Shown here: positions 1-9,375 of the stretch, one piece after another | How the letters are laid out: each line of letters opens with the position of its first letter | Numbering within the stretch: position 1 is the stretch's first letter | From: an uncultured Methanospirillum sp. | GTDB lineage: Archaea > Halobacteriota > Methanomicrobia > Methanomicrobiales > Methanospirillaceae | DNA length: 64,000 nt | Assembly: GCA_964637135.1 (NCBI GenBank) | Contig: CAZWTX010000007.1 | Location: forward strand, 1 to 64,000 | Reading direction: 5' to 3' | The notes under the pieces: model-generated | What the model saw: only the letters and a program-made list of their open reading frames with translations | What the model was told of the DNA's origin: nothing | The model's database searches: none | Position numbers and translations under genes: made by a program

Positions 1-354
1 TATCTTCTGGGCGATCTCCACAAACAGCCGTGATGGATCCCCCCCCTTGAACTCGATGAAATCGGCACCGGCAGAAAAAGCACGGATAATGATCTCCTGG
101 TCGTTCTGGCCGGTCAGGAGGAGACAGGGGATGCCGGGAATCAGTTCTTTGAAGGCTGAAAGAAGAGTGATCCCATCCATCTCCTCCATCGAATAATCAG
201 TGATGACTGCATCTGGATTTTTTTCACAGAGGTGGGATAATGCCTCCTTCGGTGAGTTATATGTGCTAATCCTGAAACCGCCCAGTTCATTCAGGTACAC
301 ATACAGCATCTCGGTAAAGGAGGGATCATCGTCAACCGCCACGATCCTGATCAT
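1..354 (-). CDS. Response regulator receiver-domain protein (partial, runs off the left edge)
   Basis: Not in the ORF track. Manual translation from ATG at 354 gives MIRIVAVDDDPSFTEML...DAVITDYSMEEMDGITLL...LLTGQNDQE...GADFIEFKGGD, with the acidic pocket, phospho-Asp, Thr and Lys positions of a REC domain. Confidence 0.9.
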   Translation of the reverse strand, partial: MIRIVAVDDDPSFTEMLYVYLNELGGFRISTYNSPKEALSHLCEKNPDAVITDYSMEEMDGITLLSAFKELIPGIPCLLLTGQNDQEIIIRAFSAGADFIEFKGGDPSRLFVEIAQKI

Positions 355-505
355 CACAGCACCAGAAAGAAAACATCCCCTGAGGATGATAAAGGATGCG
401 GTCAGGAAATATCCGGGGAGGGATTGTTTCCCGGATACACTTTCAGGCGGGTATTCAGGGAAATACCCGACAGGAGGCCATAAGCCGGCCGGACTCCGAG
501 AAAAA

Positions 506-1576
506 TTAATCGAGGATCATAACCCGCCAGGAAGTGCCATGTAGGCCTGCCGTGGTCCAGACACTCTTTCGTTCCGTTTTCTGTTCGTCTCCTCCAGGAA
601 TGAAGGAATCATACCCGGCATAGGCGACCTGGTAATGGGTTGCATGTGCCTTTTCGCTGCTCGTGTCGTCTCCGGTGAGCCCGTTCCAGATATCACCTGA
701 TGAACCCTCTTCATCATACAATACCATCCCATCAGGCTGGACGATGCGAAGGCTGAACGGAGTCTCCTCCAGTGCCGAAAGACCATATATCTCCGCGATT
801 TCAACTGGATCACAGATGAGCGAGAGATACCCGGCTACCTGGTTCGTCGCTGAGAAGACCGGATATGAAACAAGTACGGAATCTTTCCCCTCAATTGTGG
901 TAAACTGTTCAGAGACCCGGGGAACCGGCTGGCAGAATAACCGCTGGTTATGCAGCTGGCTACCGACATTCTCCCCGATGAATTTCTCGTACATTTCAGG
1001 AACGATCATCACGAGCCGGCCGGTTGTATCGATGAAACAAACTTCATACACACCGGGAACGGTCAGGCCATCCTCCATGATGGTTTTAAAATCAGGTTCC
1101 GCCGGATCTATCCCAGAAAGGCGTAATGCCATTTTGCCGGCTTTCTGATCGATGGCATCAAGCCCGATCTGAATCGCAGCCGATACATTCAGGAGAACAC
1201 CGCTCATGCGCAGGGTATACCGGGGATCATCAGATGGAAGAGATCCATACCAGGGAATCTCAAATCCCCCGCCATCCCGGGAAGGAGAGATACTCATGAT
1301 CCTTATCGGCTCACCCCACATCTGGATCGTCGAGATATCCGGTTCACGGGTGGCATTCCCGGTCACAATCAAACCGTCAACGGCATAGGCATCCGGAAGG
1401 TTCAGGGGGAGATATGTCAGTCCGTCTGCGGTCCTGATCCCGAAAAACCCTCCTTCAAGATCCTGGTATGTAACCTGTCCGGTGAAATCAAATGGTTCTG
1501 AACCTGATACCGCCCCGGCTGAAACAGACAGACCGAGCAGGATCAGGAGAGCAGGTACCCGGAGATTCACATGCAT
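506..1576 (-). CDS. Secreted protein with a small N-terminal beta domain and a C-terminal Cache-like sensor domain
   Basis: Hydrophobic signal peptide; GQVTYQDLEGGFFGI...YLPLNLP module; C-terminal part has dCache-like features (FIDTTGRLV, VSEQFTTIEG, SYPVFS, IVQPDGMVLYD, WRVMI). Confidence 0.65.
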   Translation of the reverse strand: MHVNLRVPALLILLGLSVSAGAVSGSEPFDFTGQVTYQDLEGGFFGIRTADGLTYLPLNLPDAYAVDGLIVTGNATREPDISTIQMWGEPIRIMSISPSRDGGGFEIPWYGSLPSDDPRYTLRMSGVLLNVSAAIQIGLDAIDQKAGKMALRLSGIDPAEPDFKTIMEDGLTVPGVYEVCFIDTTGRLVMIVPEMYEKFIGENVGSQLHNQRLFCQPVPRVSEQFTTIEGKDSVLVSYPVFSATNQVAGYLSLICDPVEIAEIYGLSALEETPFSLRIVQPDGMVLYDEEGSSGDIWNGLTGDDTSSEKAHATHYQVAYAGYDSFIPGGDEQKTERKSVWTTAGLHGTSWRVMILD

Positions 1577-1761
1577 GCATCATCATCTGTCCGGGGGGAA
1601 AAAATACTGCCGATACGAATTCAGTCTGGTCAGCAGCAGGAAGGGCATACCTGGATAAAACAGGCACTTCTGCGGGAATCCGGGGGAAAAATCTCAACCG
1701 GGGTGATCATCGAATACAATCACAATATATATAATGATCGTAACCCCTCTCTCTGAGTATC

Positions 1762-2952
1762 ATGAAGCGTTATATCCTATTCATCCTGCTTCTGGTGTTT
1801 TCGGGTATGGGAACCGCGGCCACCATTCCCGATAACCTCACGATTCTCACTGAACAGTACCCCCCGCTCAATTATGTTGAAGACGGGGTTCTCAAGGGAA
1901 TATCAGCCGATCTCGTGGTTGCTGCCATGCAGGATCTAGATCCGGCATTCAACCGTTCCTCAATCCGGGTTCTTCCCTGGACAGAGGCGTACAACATGGC
2001 CCTCAACCAGCCGGATACTCTCCTCTTCTCAACCGCACGGTTAGCCAAGCGGGAGGACTCCTTCCTCTGGGCCGGACACCTGTACGATGATCCAAAGGTG
2101 CTCTTCGGCCTTGACAGCCGGAGGATCGGAAAGGCAGAAGTAGAAGCATTGAGAATTGCGGTCATCACCAATGACAGCAGCGAGGAGTACGTTCTTGCTG
2201 CGGGTGCAAATCCGTCCCGGCTCGTCCATGTGATCACCGCCGAAGAGGCGATAAAAGCCCTTGAATCAGGTTCTGCCGATCTCTTTGCATACGGCGAGGT
2301 TGCCGGTACAAAAGCAATCGAACAGTATGCCAAACCTTCTTCCGGGTACGGCGTGGTATACTCCCTTGGGGAATGCTCGGATTATGTTGCAGCTAACCGG
2401 AACACGTCGCCAGAGTTCATCGAAGCACTGAACCAGAGTCTCCACGGACTCAGGCTGGAACGGGCGGAGACCGGGGTCACCCCGTACGAACAGATCCTTG
2501 GGAAATACCTCCCCGTACAATGTGTCCGGGATTCAGCCTCACCCGAACAGGTAACCACCCTTGTCGGGAAAACAGCACAGGATCTCCATAAGAATCTCAC
2601 TGCAACCGTCGCAGCAGTTAACGCGGGCGTTCCCCCGTACCAGGATACAAAAAATCCTGATCTCTATGTCTTCGTCTTTGACATGAATACGACCGTCATC
2701 GCAAACCCCGGCAATCCTGACCTCGTCGGGAAGAACATGCAGGGAAAAGGTGACCTGAATGGAAAGAAGTTCAGGGACGAACTCATTGCAAAGGCAAAGA
2801 AGGAAGGATCCGGCTGGGTTAGTTACATCTATTCAAGCCCGTCCATGAATGGCATCTACAAGAAAGAAGCCTTCGGGATGATCATTACCGGAAGCGACGG
2901 CAACCAGTACGTCGTGGGTGGAGGACGTCTCCTCCCCTGTACCGGAGAATAA
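1762..2952 (+). CDS. Secreted family-3 solute-binding domain fused to a single Cache domain
   Basis: Signal peptide; LTEQYPPLNY...GISADLV...LPW (SBP family 3); C-terminal LYVFVFD...ANP.NPDLVGKN...DLNGKKF...GSGWVSYIY (sCache-like). Confidence 0.8.
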   Translation: MKRYILFILLLVFSGMGTAATIPDNLTILTEQYPPLNYVEDGVLKGISADLVVAAMQDLDPAFNRSSIRVLPWTEAYNMALNQPDTLLFSTARLAKREDSFLWAGHLYDDPKVLFGLDSRRIGKAEVEALRIAVITNDSSEEYVLAAGANPSRLVHVITAEEAIKALESGSADLFAYGEVAGTKAIEQYAKPSSGYGVVYSLGECSDYVAANRNTSPEFIEALNQSLHGLRLERAETGVTPYEQILGKYLPVQCVRDSASPEQVTTLVGKTAQDLHKNLTATVAAVNAGVPPYQDTKNPDLYVFVFDMNTTVIANPGNPDLVGKNMQGKGDLNGKKFRDELIAKAKKEGSGWVSYIYSSPSMNGIYKKEAFGMIITGSDGNQYVVGGGRLLPCTGE

Positions 2953-2963
2953 CCTATTTTTTC

Positions 2964-3448
2964 ATGAATCCGGAAGACGCGAGGGATATCCCTCGCCACT
3001 GCCGGTGACCTCGACGAGATCCGTCGCTCTACCGCGATCTGTATGAATCCAACCCTCCGGCATCAGACGAGGCATTGAAGGCTGCATTCATTGGGATTAT
3101 CGATGATGCAGAAACCCGTCTGTATCTTCTCAGGAACGGTGGTAATGATGTTTCATCCTGTGTGCTCCATATCCATGCGAATCTTACCCGGCAGGCAAAA
3201 TCGAATGGGCGTATCAAAAACGTTGTTACTGCGAAAGGATACCGCAACCGTGGATCCGGTACCCATCTGATCAGGCAGTTCTTCGATGATGCCTGGAACG
3301 GAGGTTGCTACAAGGTGATGCTTCTTTCCGGGAGAAAAGACGCAGCAGTGTTCAGGACTTACGAAAAAGCGGATTCAGGCGGGGGCAAAAGGAAGGATTC
3401 ATCGCGTATCCTCCCCGGGAGCCGGGGCTTTCTCAGGGCGGGTTGTGA
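2964..3448 (+). pseudogene. Frameshifted GNAT N-acetyltransferase
   Basis: Core IKNVVTAKGYRNRGSGT...GCYKVMLLSG lies in the 3075 frame. The N-terminus (LATAGDLDEI) and C-terminus (GFRRGQKEGFIAY) lie in other frames, implying about three frameshifts. Confidence 0.7.
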
Positions 3449-3528
3449 ATTATCCCCTATGAACTCCCCTGGCAGGTTTTTTTAACCAGGCACAAACCTG
3501 TTTACCCCCTGGTACCATATACCAGACC

Positions 3529-4056
3529 ATGTCCTCAGGGAAGCGGGATCCGGCGTTCACCGGTCTCGAAGCCGCCGTGATTATGATTGCATTCGTCGTC
3601 GTCGCAGCTGTGTTCGCCTATTCAGTCCTGAGCATGGGTTTTTTTGCCACGCAGAAAGTCCAGGAGGTCACCTTTGCCGGGGTGAAACAATCGGTCTCGA
3701 CCGCGATAACAGACGGAACAATACGCGGGGAGTACGAACCCGCAACCGGCCTGACAAGCCTAACTTTCAGCATTAGTGCACCGGAGGCAGGAGAAGCAAT
3801 TGCTCTTGCGGACATGGTCTACTATTACTCGAGGAATAATGATGCCGGGAAAACAGTCCCCCTCGAACACGTAACGCCGCATGAGGGATTCATCCAGCCG
3901 GGAAAGAGAACCCGGGTAACCATTAACCTGACGGCAGCCGGTCTTGCAGGCCCGATGGCAGGAGGAACCTTCTCGCTTGAGATAAAACCGCCAATCGGTG
4001 CATCCACGCTGATTCAGAAGAAACTGGATTCATCATACATCGGCGGGTACCTCTGA
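3529..4056 (+). CDS. Archaellin-like (class III signal peptide) protein
   Basis: AFTGLEAAVIMIAFVVVAAVFAYSVLSMGFFATQK is a typical archaellin N-terminus; C-terminal FSLEIKPPIGAS motif. Confidence 0.85.
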   Translation: MSSGKRDPAFTGLEAAVIMIAFVVVAAVFAYSVLSMGFFATQKVQEVTFAGVKQSVSTAITDGTIRGEYEPATGLTSLTFSISAPEAGEAIALADMVYYYSRNNDAGKTVPLEHVTPHEGFIQPGKRTRVTINLTAAGLAGPMAGGTFSLEIKPPIGASTLIQKKLDSSYIGGYL

Positions 4057-4205
4057 CCGGGTGATGCCGGAACCGGCGAGACGGGAAGGAATATTTACGT
4101 TCCTCCCGGATCCCGGTATGTTCCGGAGGAATTCTCCATAAACCCGACCTGCCCCCCAGGGGACTGACCCCGGTTTATTTATACCATCGGAGCCCTCAAT
4201 GAGGT

Positions 4206-4688
4206 ATGAAACCGGAATCACGCATGTATCTCCTTCTCCTTGGGTGCATCCTTCTCCCTCTCCTCGTGGGAGCCGCCGGTTCGGGGCTCAGCGTACCCGG
4301 CATCGGATCCTGGTACAGTCTCCTGAATAAGCCTTTTTTCACTCCTCCTTCCTGGGTCTTCGCTCCGGTCTGGACCGTGCTCTACCTTCTCATGGGAATC
4401 TCCCTCTGGCTGTTCATCAGGGAAGAGCAGTCCCCGGAGAGCAGGCGGAAAGGAATCCTCCTCTGGTCAGCCCAGCTCTTCTTCAACGCTATCTGGTCTG
4501 TTGCGTTCTTTGCATTCCAGTCACCACTAGCCGGGCTTATCATCATACTCATCCTGCTCGTCCTGATCATCCTGACGATGCGGTCCTTTTACCCGGTTTC
4601 GCGTCCGGCTGCATACCTTCTCATTCCCTACATCTGCTGGGTCTGCATTGCAACCTGCCTGAACGGAGCCATCTGGCTCATGAACTAA
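4206..4688 (+). CDS. tspO: TspO/MBR family tryptophan-rich sensory membrane protein
   Basis: WYSLLNKPFFTPPSWVFAPVWTVLY, QLFFNAIWS and LLIPYICWV...LN signature motifs. Confidence 0.93.
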   Translation: MKPESRMYLLLLGCILLPLLVGAAGSGLSVPGIGSWYSLLNKPFFTPPSWVFAPVWTVLYLLMGISLWLFIREEQSPESRRKGILLWSAQLFFNAIWSVAFFAFQSPLAGLIIILILLVLIILTMRSFYPVSRPAAYLLIPYICWVCIATCLNGAIWLMN

Positions 4689-4704
4689 CCTTTTTTACCG
4701 GGAT

Positions 4705-5028
4705 TTATCCGCAGCGGCCCGTGCACCCTGATGCAGTTCCGAAATCATCGATGGCGGGATCTATCTCAAACGAGAGGGAGCAATCATCGATTCCTTCCTG
4801 CCAGGGATCGCCGAGCACCCAGGACATCACCGCGACGAGCGCCTCCGGGACACCGGCATGGTCTCCCCGGATCTCCATGATCTGGAGCTCGCCCCGGGAG
4901 GTATTACAGAGAAGACGTTCAGGATAGTCAGGATCATCGGGATAAAGATCAAACCGGGTGTTCTTTCCCGGGTGCTGAAGGAAGAGGTAATACCGTTCAC
5001 GGGGGAGGTCATTCTTCTGTACCGGCAC
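4705..5028 (-). CDS. Hypothetical protein
   Basis: 107-aa ORF filling the gap between neighbours, co-oriented with 5092-5778; no recognised motif. Confidence 0.5.
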   Translation of the reverse strand: MPVQKNDLPRERYYLFLQHPGKNTRFDLYPDDPDYPERLLCNTSRGELQIMEIRGDHAGVPEALVAVMSWVLGDPWQEGIDDCSLSFEIDPAIDDFGTASGCTGRCG

Positions 5029-5091
5029 GTTGAGAATGCCGTCCAGGCTGGTTTTGAGGTCAATAACCCGGCGTTCGGTCTGGCCGATGAT

Positions 5092-5778
5092 TCAGCAGCG
5101 CAGGACGGGAGGAAGGGGACTGCCTGATACTGTCCCGGAGAGCTGGAAGACTGCCTCATCCTCGGTTATCGAGATATTCATCCCCTCAGCGGGAGAATAT
5201 CCGGGTTCTCCGGGTATTTTTTGTTCCTGCCTATTTTCGCGGGAAGAAATCCCGCCCAGTATCTTCCGTGAGATCCGGTCAAGTTCGTCGGCAGACCGGC
5301 TCAGACTGCTTACTGCCACGAGAGAAACCAGGCATGAACCAATCTGCCTGACATAGTACCGGTGAACCTGCCCAAACCGGTCTGTCATGGCAGCCTGGTA
5401 CATCCCGGATGAGATGAGCGTCCCTGAAGGAATCCCATCAGGTTCGGCATATCCATCGGCAAGCATCCTCTGGTGAAGGGCAGAAAGGAGCCGTATCTCA
5501 TCGGAAGCACCGGATGACTGATCAATATGCATGGTCACGGCCCATTCCGGATGCGAGGGATCTGATACCCTGATCGTCTCCCCGGACTCTGTCTCCCAGA
5601 ATACCGGGAGCGGAAATGAAAGGCCGCCTGCTTCATGTTCAACCCAGGAGAGGGGCTCTGCCGCAGCCGCAGCCAGGAAGCCTCCAGTGATACTGATGAG
5701 AAGAACGATCAGCAGGTGTCGTGCGTTCATCAGGATCAACAGGAGCAGAGACGATAGATAGTTTCCGGCCCGTTCCAC
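5092..5778 (-). CDS. Hypothetical secreted protein (possible PsbP-like fold; true start may be the internal MNARHLL)
   Basis: Signal-peptide-like segment followed by WVEHEAGGLSFPLPVFW. Confidence 0.55.
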   Translation of the reverse strand: MERAGNYLSSLLLLILMNARHLLIVLLISITGGFLAAAAAEPLSWVEHEAGGLSFPLPVFWETESGETIRVSDPSHPEWAVTMHIDQSSGASDEIRLLSALHQRMLADGYAEPDGIPSGTLISSGMYQAAMTDRFGQVHRYYVRQIGSCLVSLVAVSSLSRSADELDRISRKILGGISSRENRQEQKIPGEPGYSPAEGMNISITEDEAVFQLSGTVSGSPLPPVLRC

Positions 5779-5830
5779 TCCATTATCCGGAGATCGGGTT
5801 CCTTTTCATTTCGGCACCCCAACAGGTTGT

Positions 5831-6544
5831 ATGGATCCGGTTATCACGATGATTCGGGAAGAACTGGCAGCCAGTGCCGATGAAGAGACGAGGAAAAGTA
5901 CAAAGCGATTCTTCAAGGAAGAGATAACCGTGTACGGGGTGAAAAGCGCCGTTGTCGGGAAGATTGCAACCGCGTACTGGAAGCAGATCCGCACCCGCGA
6001 GAAACCGGAGATCTTTGCCCTCTGCGAGGAGCTGTACCAATCAGGATACTGCGAAGAGGCATTCATCGTCTCAAGCTGGGCTGAGAAGTTGTCTGACCGG
6101 TACGAACGCGGAGACCTTGTGGTATTCAGGGACTGGATCAACCGGTATATTACCAACTGGGCTGCCTGCGACGGATTCTGTAATCACACCCTCGGTTCGT
6201 TCATGGAACAGTACCCTGACTGTATAGAGGAACTGAAACAGTGGACAGGATCACCGAACCGGTGGATGAGGCGTGCATCAGCCGTCTCGCTTATCATCCC
6301 GGCAAAACACGGAAAATTTCTGGATGAAGTTGTCGCTATCGCCGACCGGCTCCTGACTGACGATGATGACATGGTCAGGAAAGGGTATGGCTGGCTACTC
6401 AAAGAGGCAAGCAGACATCACCAGCAGGAGGTATTTTCGTATGTTATGGCCAACCGGCAGAAGATGCCACGCACCTCGCTCAGGTATGCAATCGAACTCA
6501 TGCCACCGGATCTCCGTGCCCGGGCGATGAAGAAGGACTGGTAA
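5831..6544 (+). CDS. DNA alkylation repair protein (AlkD-like HEAT-repeat family)
   Basis: ITNWAACDGFC, WTGSPNRWMRRAS, DDMVRKGYGWLLKE and MPRTSLRYAIE motifs. Confidence 0.9.
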   Translation: MDPVITMIREELAASADEETRKSTKRFFKEEITVYGVKSAVVGKIATAYWKQIRTREKPEIFALCEELYQSGYCEEAFIVSSWAEKLSDRYERGDLVVFRDWINRYITNWAACDGFCNHTLGSFMEQYPDCIEELKQWTGSPNRWMRRASAVSLIIPAKHGKFLDEVVAIADRLLTDDDDMVRKGYGWLLKEASRHHQQEVFSYVMANRQKMPRTSLRYAIELMPPDLRARAMKKDW

Positions 6545-6655
6545 ACGGGTTCTGCACCCCGGCATTCAGGCAGGTGGACCCTTTCGACCGGTATCCGCTG
6601 GTTTTATCCCTTCTCCGGCCGATGGTCCTTCAGAAAGACAGGAGAGCGGAGACTG

Positions 6656-7294
6656 GTGCACAGGCTTTCTGATTCCGGTGATGATGAGGCATTCGTCACG
6701 AGGCTCGTTCACGAATGGACCGCAGGGCTTTCCCCGCCCGAACAGCGAATTGCCATCTTTTCACGGATCCGGGATATTCCGTATGCTATTGTTCCTGAAT
6801 GGCATGATTCAGGGGATATACTCAGCCTCATGGTCACTCACAACCGGGGATGGTGCGGACCGAAACACCTCCTGCTCCTCCGGATGTTTCACCTGCTCGG
6901 CCTGCGGGTCAGGTTTGTTACCATTCCGTTCAGATGGCAGGACCAGCCGGTCAGGTATCCTCCCGTCCTCAGGGAGACGATTCTCTCCCTCCCTCCTTCA
7001 ACCCATCTCTGCTGCTCGGTGAATATCGACGGTACATGGCGTATCCTGGACGCGACATGGGATATTCCTCTGAAAAATGCCGGATTTCCGGTAAACGAAG
7101 AATGGGACGGATTCTCAAATACTCTTCCCGCGGTGGTGGAGCGGGATCACGACGGGACCTCCCGTGACGAACCCGGATCCCGGTCAGCAACCGGGGATTC
7201 CCGATTCTCCTTCACTGATTCACTGAATACCTGGCTCGAAGAATTGAGAAAACCCGGGTATTCCCCGGTGATTCCGGCAGAACAGGGCAGGTGA
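6656..7294 (+). CDS. Transglutaminase-like (Cys-His-Asp) protein
   Basis: IRDIPY, GWCGPKH (Cys), STHLCC (His), ILDATWD (Asp). Confidence 0.7.
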   Translation: MHRLSDSGDDEAFVTRLVHEWTAGLSPPEQRIAIFSRIRDIPYAIVPEWHDSGDILSLMVTHNRGWCGPKHLLLLRMFHLLGLRVRFVTIPFRWQDQPVRYPPVLRETILSLPPSTHLCCSVNIDGTWRILDATWDIPLKNAGFPVNEEWDGFSNTLPAVVERDHDGTSRDEPGSRSATGDSRFSFTDSLNTWLEELRKPGYSPVIPAEQGR

Positions 7295-7440
7295 TCCCGG
7301 CATCGCCGGATCGGATCGCCTCCAGAAATCTCCCAGTCCGGGTGAGAAAAGAAACAACGGGGTTCATTACTACTGTCCGCCAGGGAATGTCGTGCGTCGC
7401 CGGAAATCTGGAAAAAAGGAAAAGAGCGATTCGGCCGGGA

Positions 7441-8013
7441 TCAGGCCGGTTGTGAATCCTGGGCCTTTTTCAGGCTCAGTGAGCTGATTATCATCGCAAT
7501 GCCACCGGCGAGGGCAAAGATACCGACTACGAACGGAAGGGCAAGGGCAGCTCCGACCGGGTAGACCAGGATCAGGACGGCAAAGATGATACTGAGTATC
7601 CCGAGGATGACATGACCGATATCCCGGGTTTTATACCCCTGGTACAGGGTGGTAAGTCCGATAATACATCCCCATACCCCGATCAGGATCACAAGGAACG
7701 GAACAAGGAAGAATGTGCTATATATCGGGTATGCCAGGATGATTATTCCGGCAATGATGCTGAGCAGAGCGAGGATTATTTTCAGGGCCATGTTTGACCG
7801 GTCAGCAGCCAGGCTGAACAGCTGGAAGATACCACCGATAAACCACCAGGCACCGATGAAGGTCACCACCGCAAGGGTCGTCTCAAGCGGGGTGACAAGG
7901 AAGAATATCCCGAGGAGCACGGATACGAGCCCCCAGATGAGGGCGATCCACCACGGGAACGCCCCTGCAACGGCCATTAGTTCTGTTTCTGAATTCGTCG
8001 ACATTTCGGTCAT
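7441..8013 (-). CDS. HdeD/DUF308 family membrane protein
   Basis: About six hydrophobic segments with the WW..LIWG...LLG...P repeat pattern. Confidence 0.85.
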   Translation of the reverse strand: MTEMSTNSETELMAVAGAFPWWIALIWGLVSVLLGIFFLVTPLETTLAVVTFIGAWWFIGGIFQLFSLAADRSNMALKIILALLSIIAGIIILAYPIYSTFFLVPFLVILIGVWGCIIGLTTLYQGYKTRDIGHVILGILSIIFAVLILVYPVGAALALPFVVGIFALAGGIAMIISSLSLKKAQDSQPA

Positions 8014-8214
8014 GGTACCTGCTCATTGCGTTACCCTGCCGTATGAACCATTCGAAATGATCTCATTCAGCAGGTACTCCCTGAACGGCCATGACCTGAT
8101 CCCTCCCTGTCCCGGAACGGGTTCAGATGCATCCCGTCCATCTTCCGCACTCCTGACTGATCTCCTTCCGGACGTGCCAGATACTATAATCCTGCAGGAT
8201 GAAATGTACCCGGT

Positions 8215-9375
8215 ATGAAGAGTCCCTTCCATGTCATGCTCATTCCGACGCTTGGCTGTCCCTCCAACTGTGCCTACTGCTGGAGCTCGGAGGAAGACTC
8301 ACCGGTGATGAGTATCAAAACGATCGCCGATACGGTAGCCTGGCTGCAGGAAGCCGGACAGGACCAGATCACCATCACGTTTCATGGCGGAGAACCCCTC
8401 CTTGCCGGGGCGGAGTTCTACAAAAAAGCTCTCCCCATGCTCTCCGAAGGGCTGGCACGGTTCAAGCCATCCTTTGCGATACAGACCAATCTCTGGCGCA
8501 TGACCGATGAGATAGCAGAGATCCTTGCGGTGTATAATGTTCCCGTCGGTTCGAGTATCGATGGTCCTGAAGCACTCAACGACAGCCAGCGGGGGGCAGG
8601 CTACTTTAAGAAGACCATGGAAGGGTACCAGGTTGCAACCGATCACGGACTCGTGGTCAGGTTCATCTGCACGTTCACGAATGCATCGGTGAAACGGCGG
8701 GAAGAGATCTTCACGTTCTTTAAGGAGAACGGGTTTGCAATGAAACTCCACCCGTCTCTTCCCTCTTTAAAAGGCGACGAACCTGACCGGTGGACCCTCT
8801 CCCCTGAGGACTATGGCGATCTCCTCGTCTTTCTCCTCGACAAGTACCTCGAGAACATCGACACGACCCGGATCATGAACATCGATGATCTCTTCAAATG
8901 CGTATTCACCCGCCGGGGAACGGTATGCACCTTTGCAGACTGCATGGGAAGCACCTATGCAGTCGGTCCTGACGGGAAGATCTATCCCTGTTACCGGTTC
9001 ATCGGGATGCCGGCATACGTGATGGGTGATGTCGCTGACCGGCCGGGAAAGGAGGAACTTGACAACTCGCCTGCCGGGAAGAAACTGCAGGAATTCAGGG
9101 CTTATGTCGATACCCATTGCGCAGACTGCACCCATATCCGGTATTGCCGGGGCGGATGCCCATACAATGCCATGGTTCCCGCAAGCGGGGAGATTGCCGG
9201 GGTGGATCCTCATTGCACGGCGTACAAGCGGATATTCACCGAGATCTCCGACCGGATCAGTGATGAGATGTATGGATCCGGGGAAGATCAGGGGATATGT
9301 TTCCCTCCCGGCCCAAAGCCTGGTTTAGGAACGCCAGGGATCATGGCACTCATGCAGAAGATGCTTGACCGGTGA
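8215..9375 (+). CDS. Radical SAM/SPASM enzyme, TIGR04083-like (putative peptide-modifying)
   Basis: CPSNCAYC, FHGGEPLL, QTNLW, SSIDG; SPASM cysteines CTFADC...YPCYRF...CADC...CRGGCPY...HC; C-terminal PGIMALM. Confidence 0.88.
   Translation: MKSPFHVMLIPTLGCPSNCAYCWSSEEDSPVMSIKTIADTVAWLQEAGQDQITITFHGGEPLLAGAEFYKKALPMLSEGLARFKPSFAIQTNLWRMTDEIAEILAVYNVPVGSSIDGPEALNDSQRGAGYFKKTMEGYQVATDHGLVVRFICTFTNASVKRREEIFTFFKENGFAMKLHPSLPSLKGDEPDRWTLSPEDYGDLLVFLLDKYLENIDTTRIMNIDDLFKCVFTRRGTVCTFADCMGSTYAVGPDGKIYPCYRFIGMPAYVMGDVADRPGKEELDNSPAGKKLQEFRAYVDTHCADCTHIRYCRGGCPYNAMVPASGEIAGVDPHCTAYKRIFTEISDRISDEMYGSGEDQGICFPPGPKPGLGTPGIMALMQKMLDR

Noticed and set aside
8057..8218. 53-aa ORF (MISFSRY...EMYPV) overlapping the radical SAM start, as a candidate precursor peptide
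   Set aside because: It has only one Cys and no repeat or core pattern, it covers the likely TATA element (tactataat near 8182), and it starts only about 43 bp from the divergent gene. An ATGA overlap can arise by chance.
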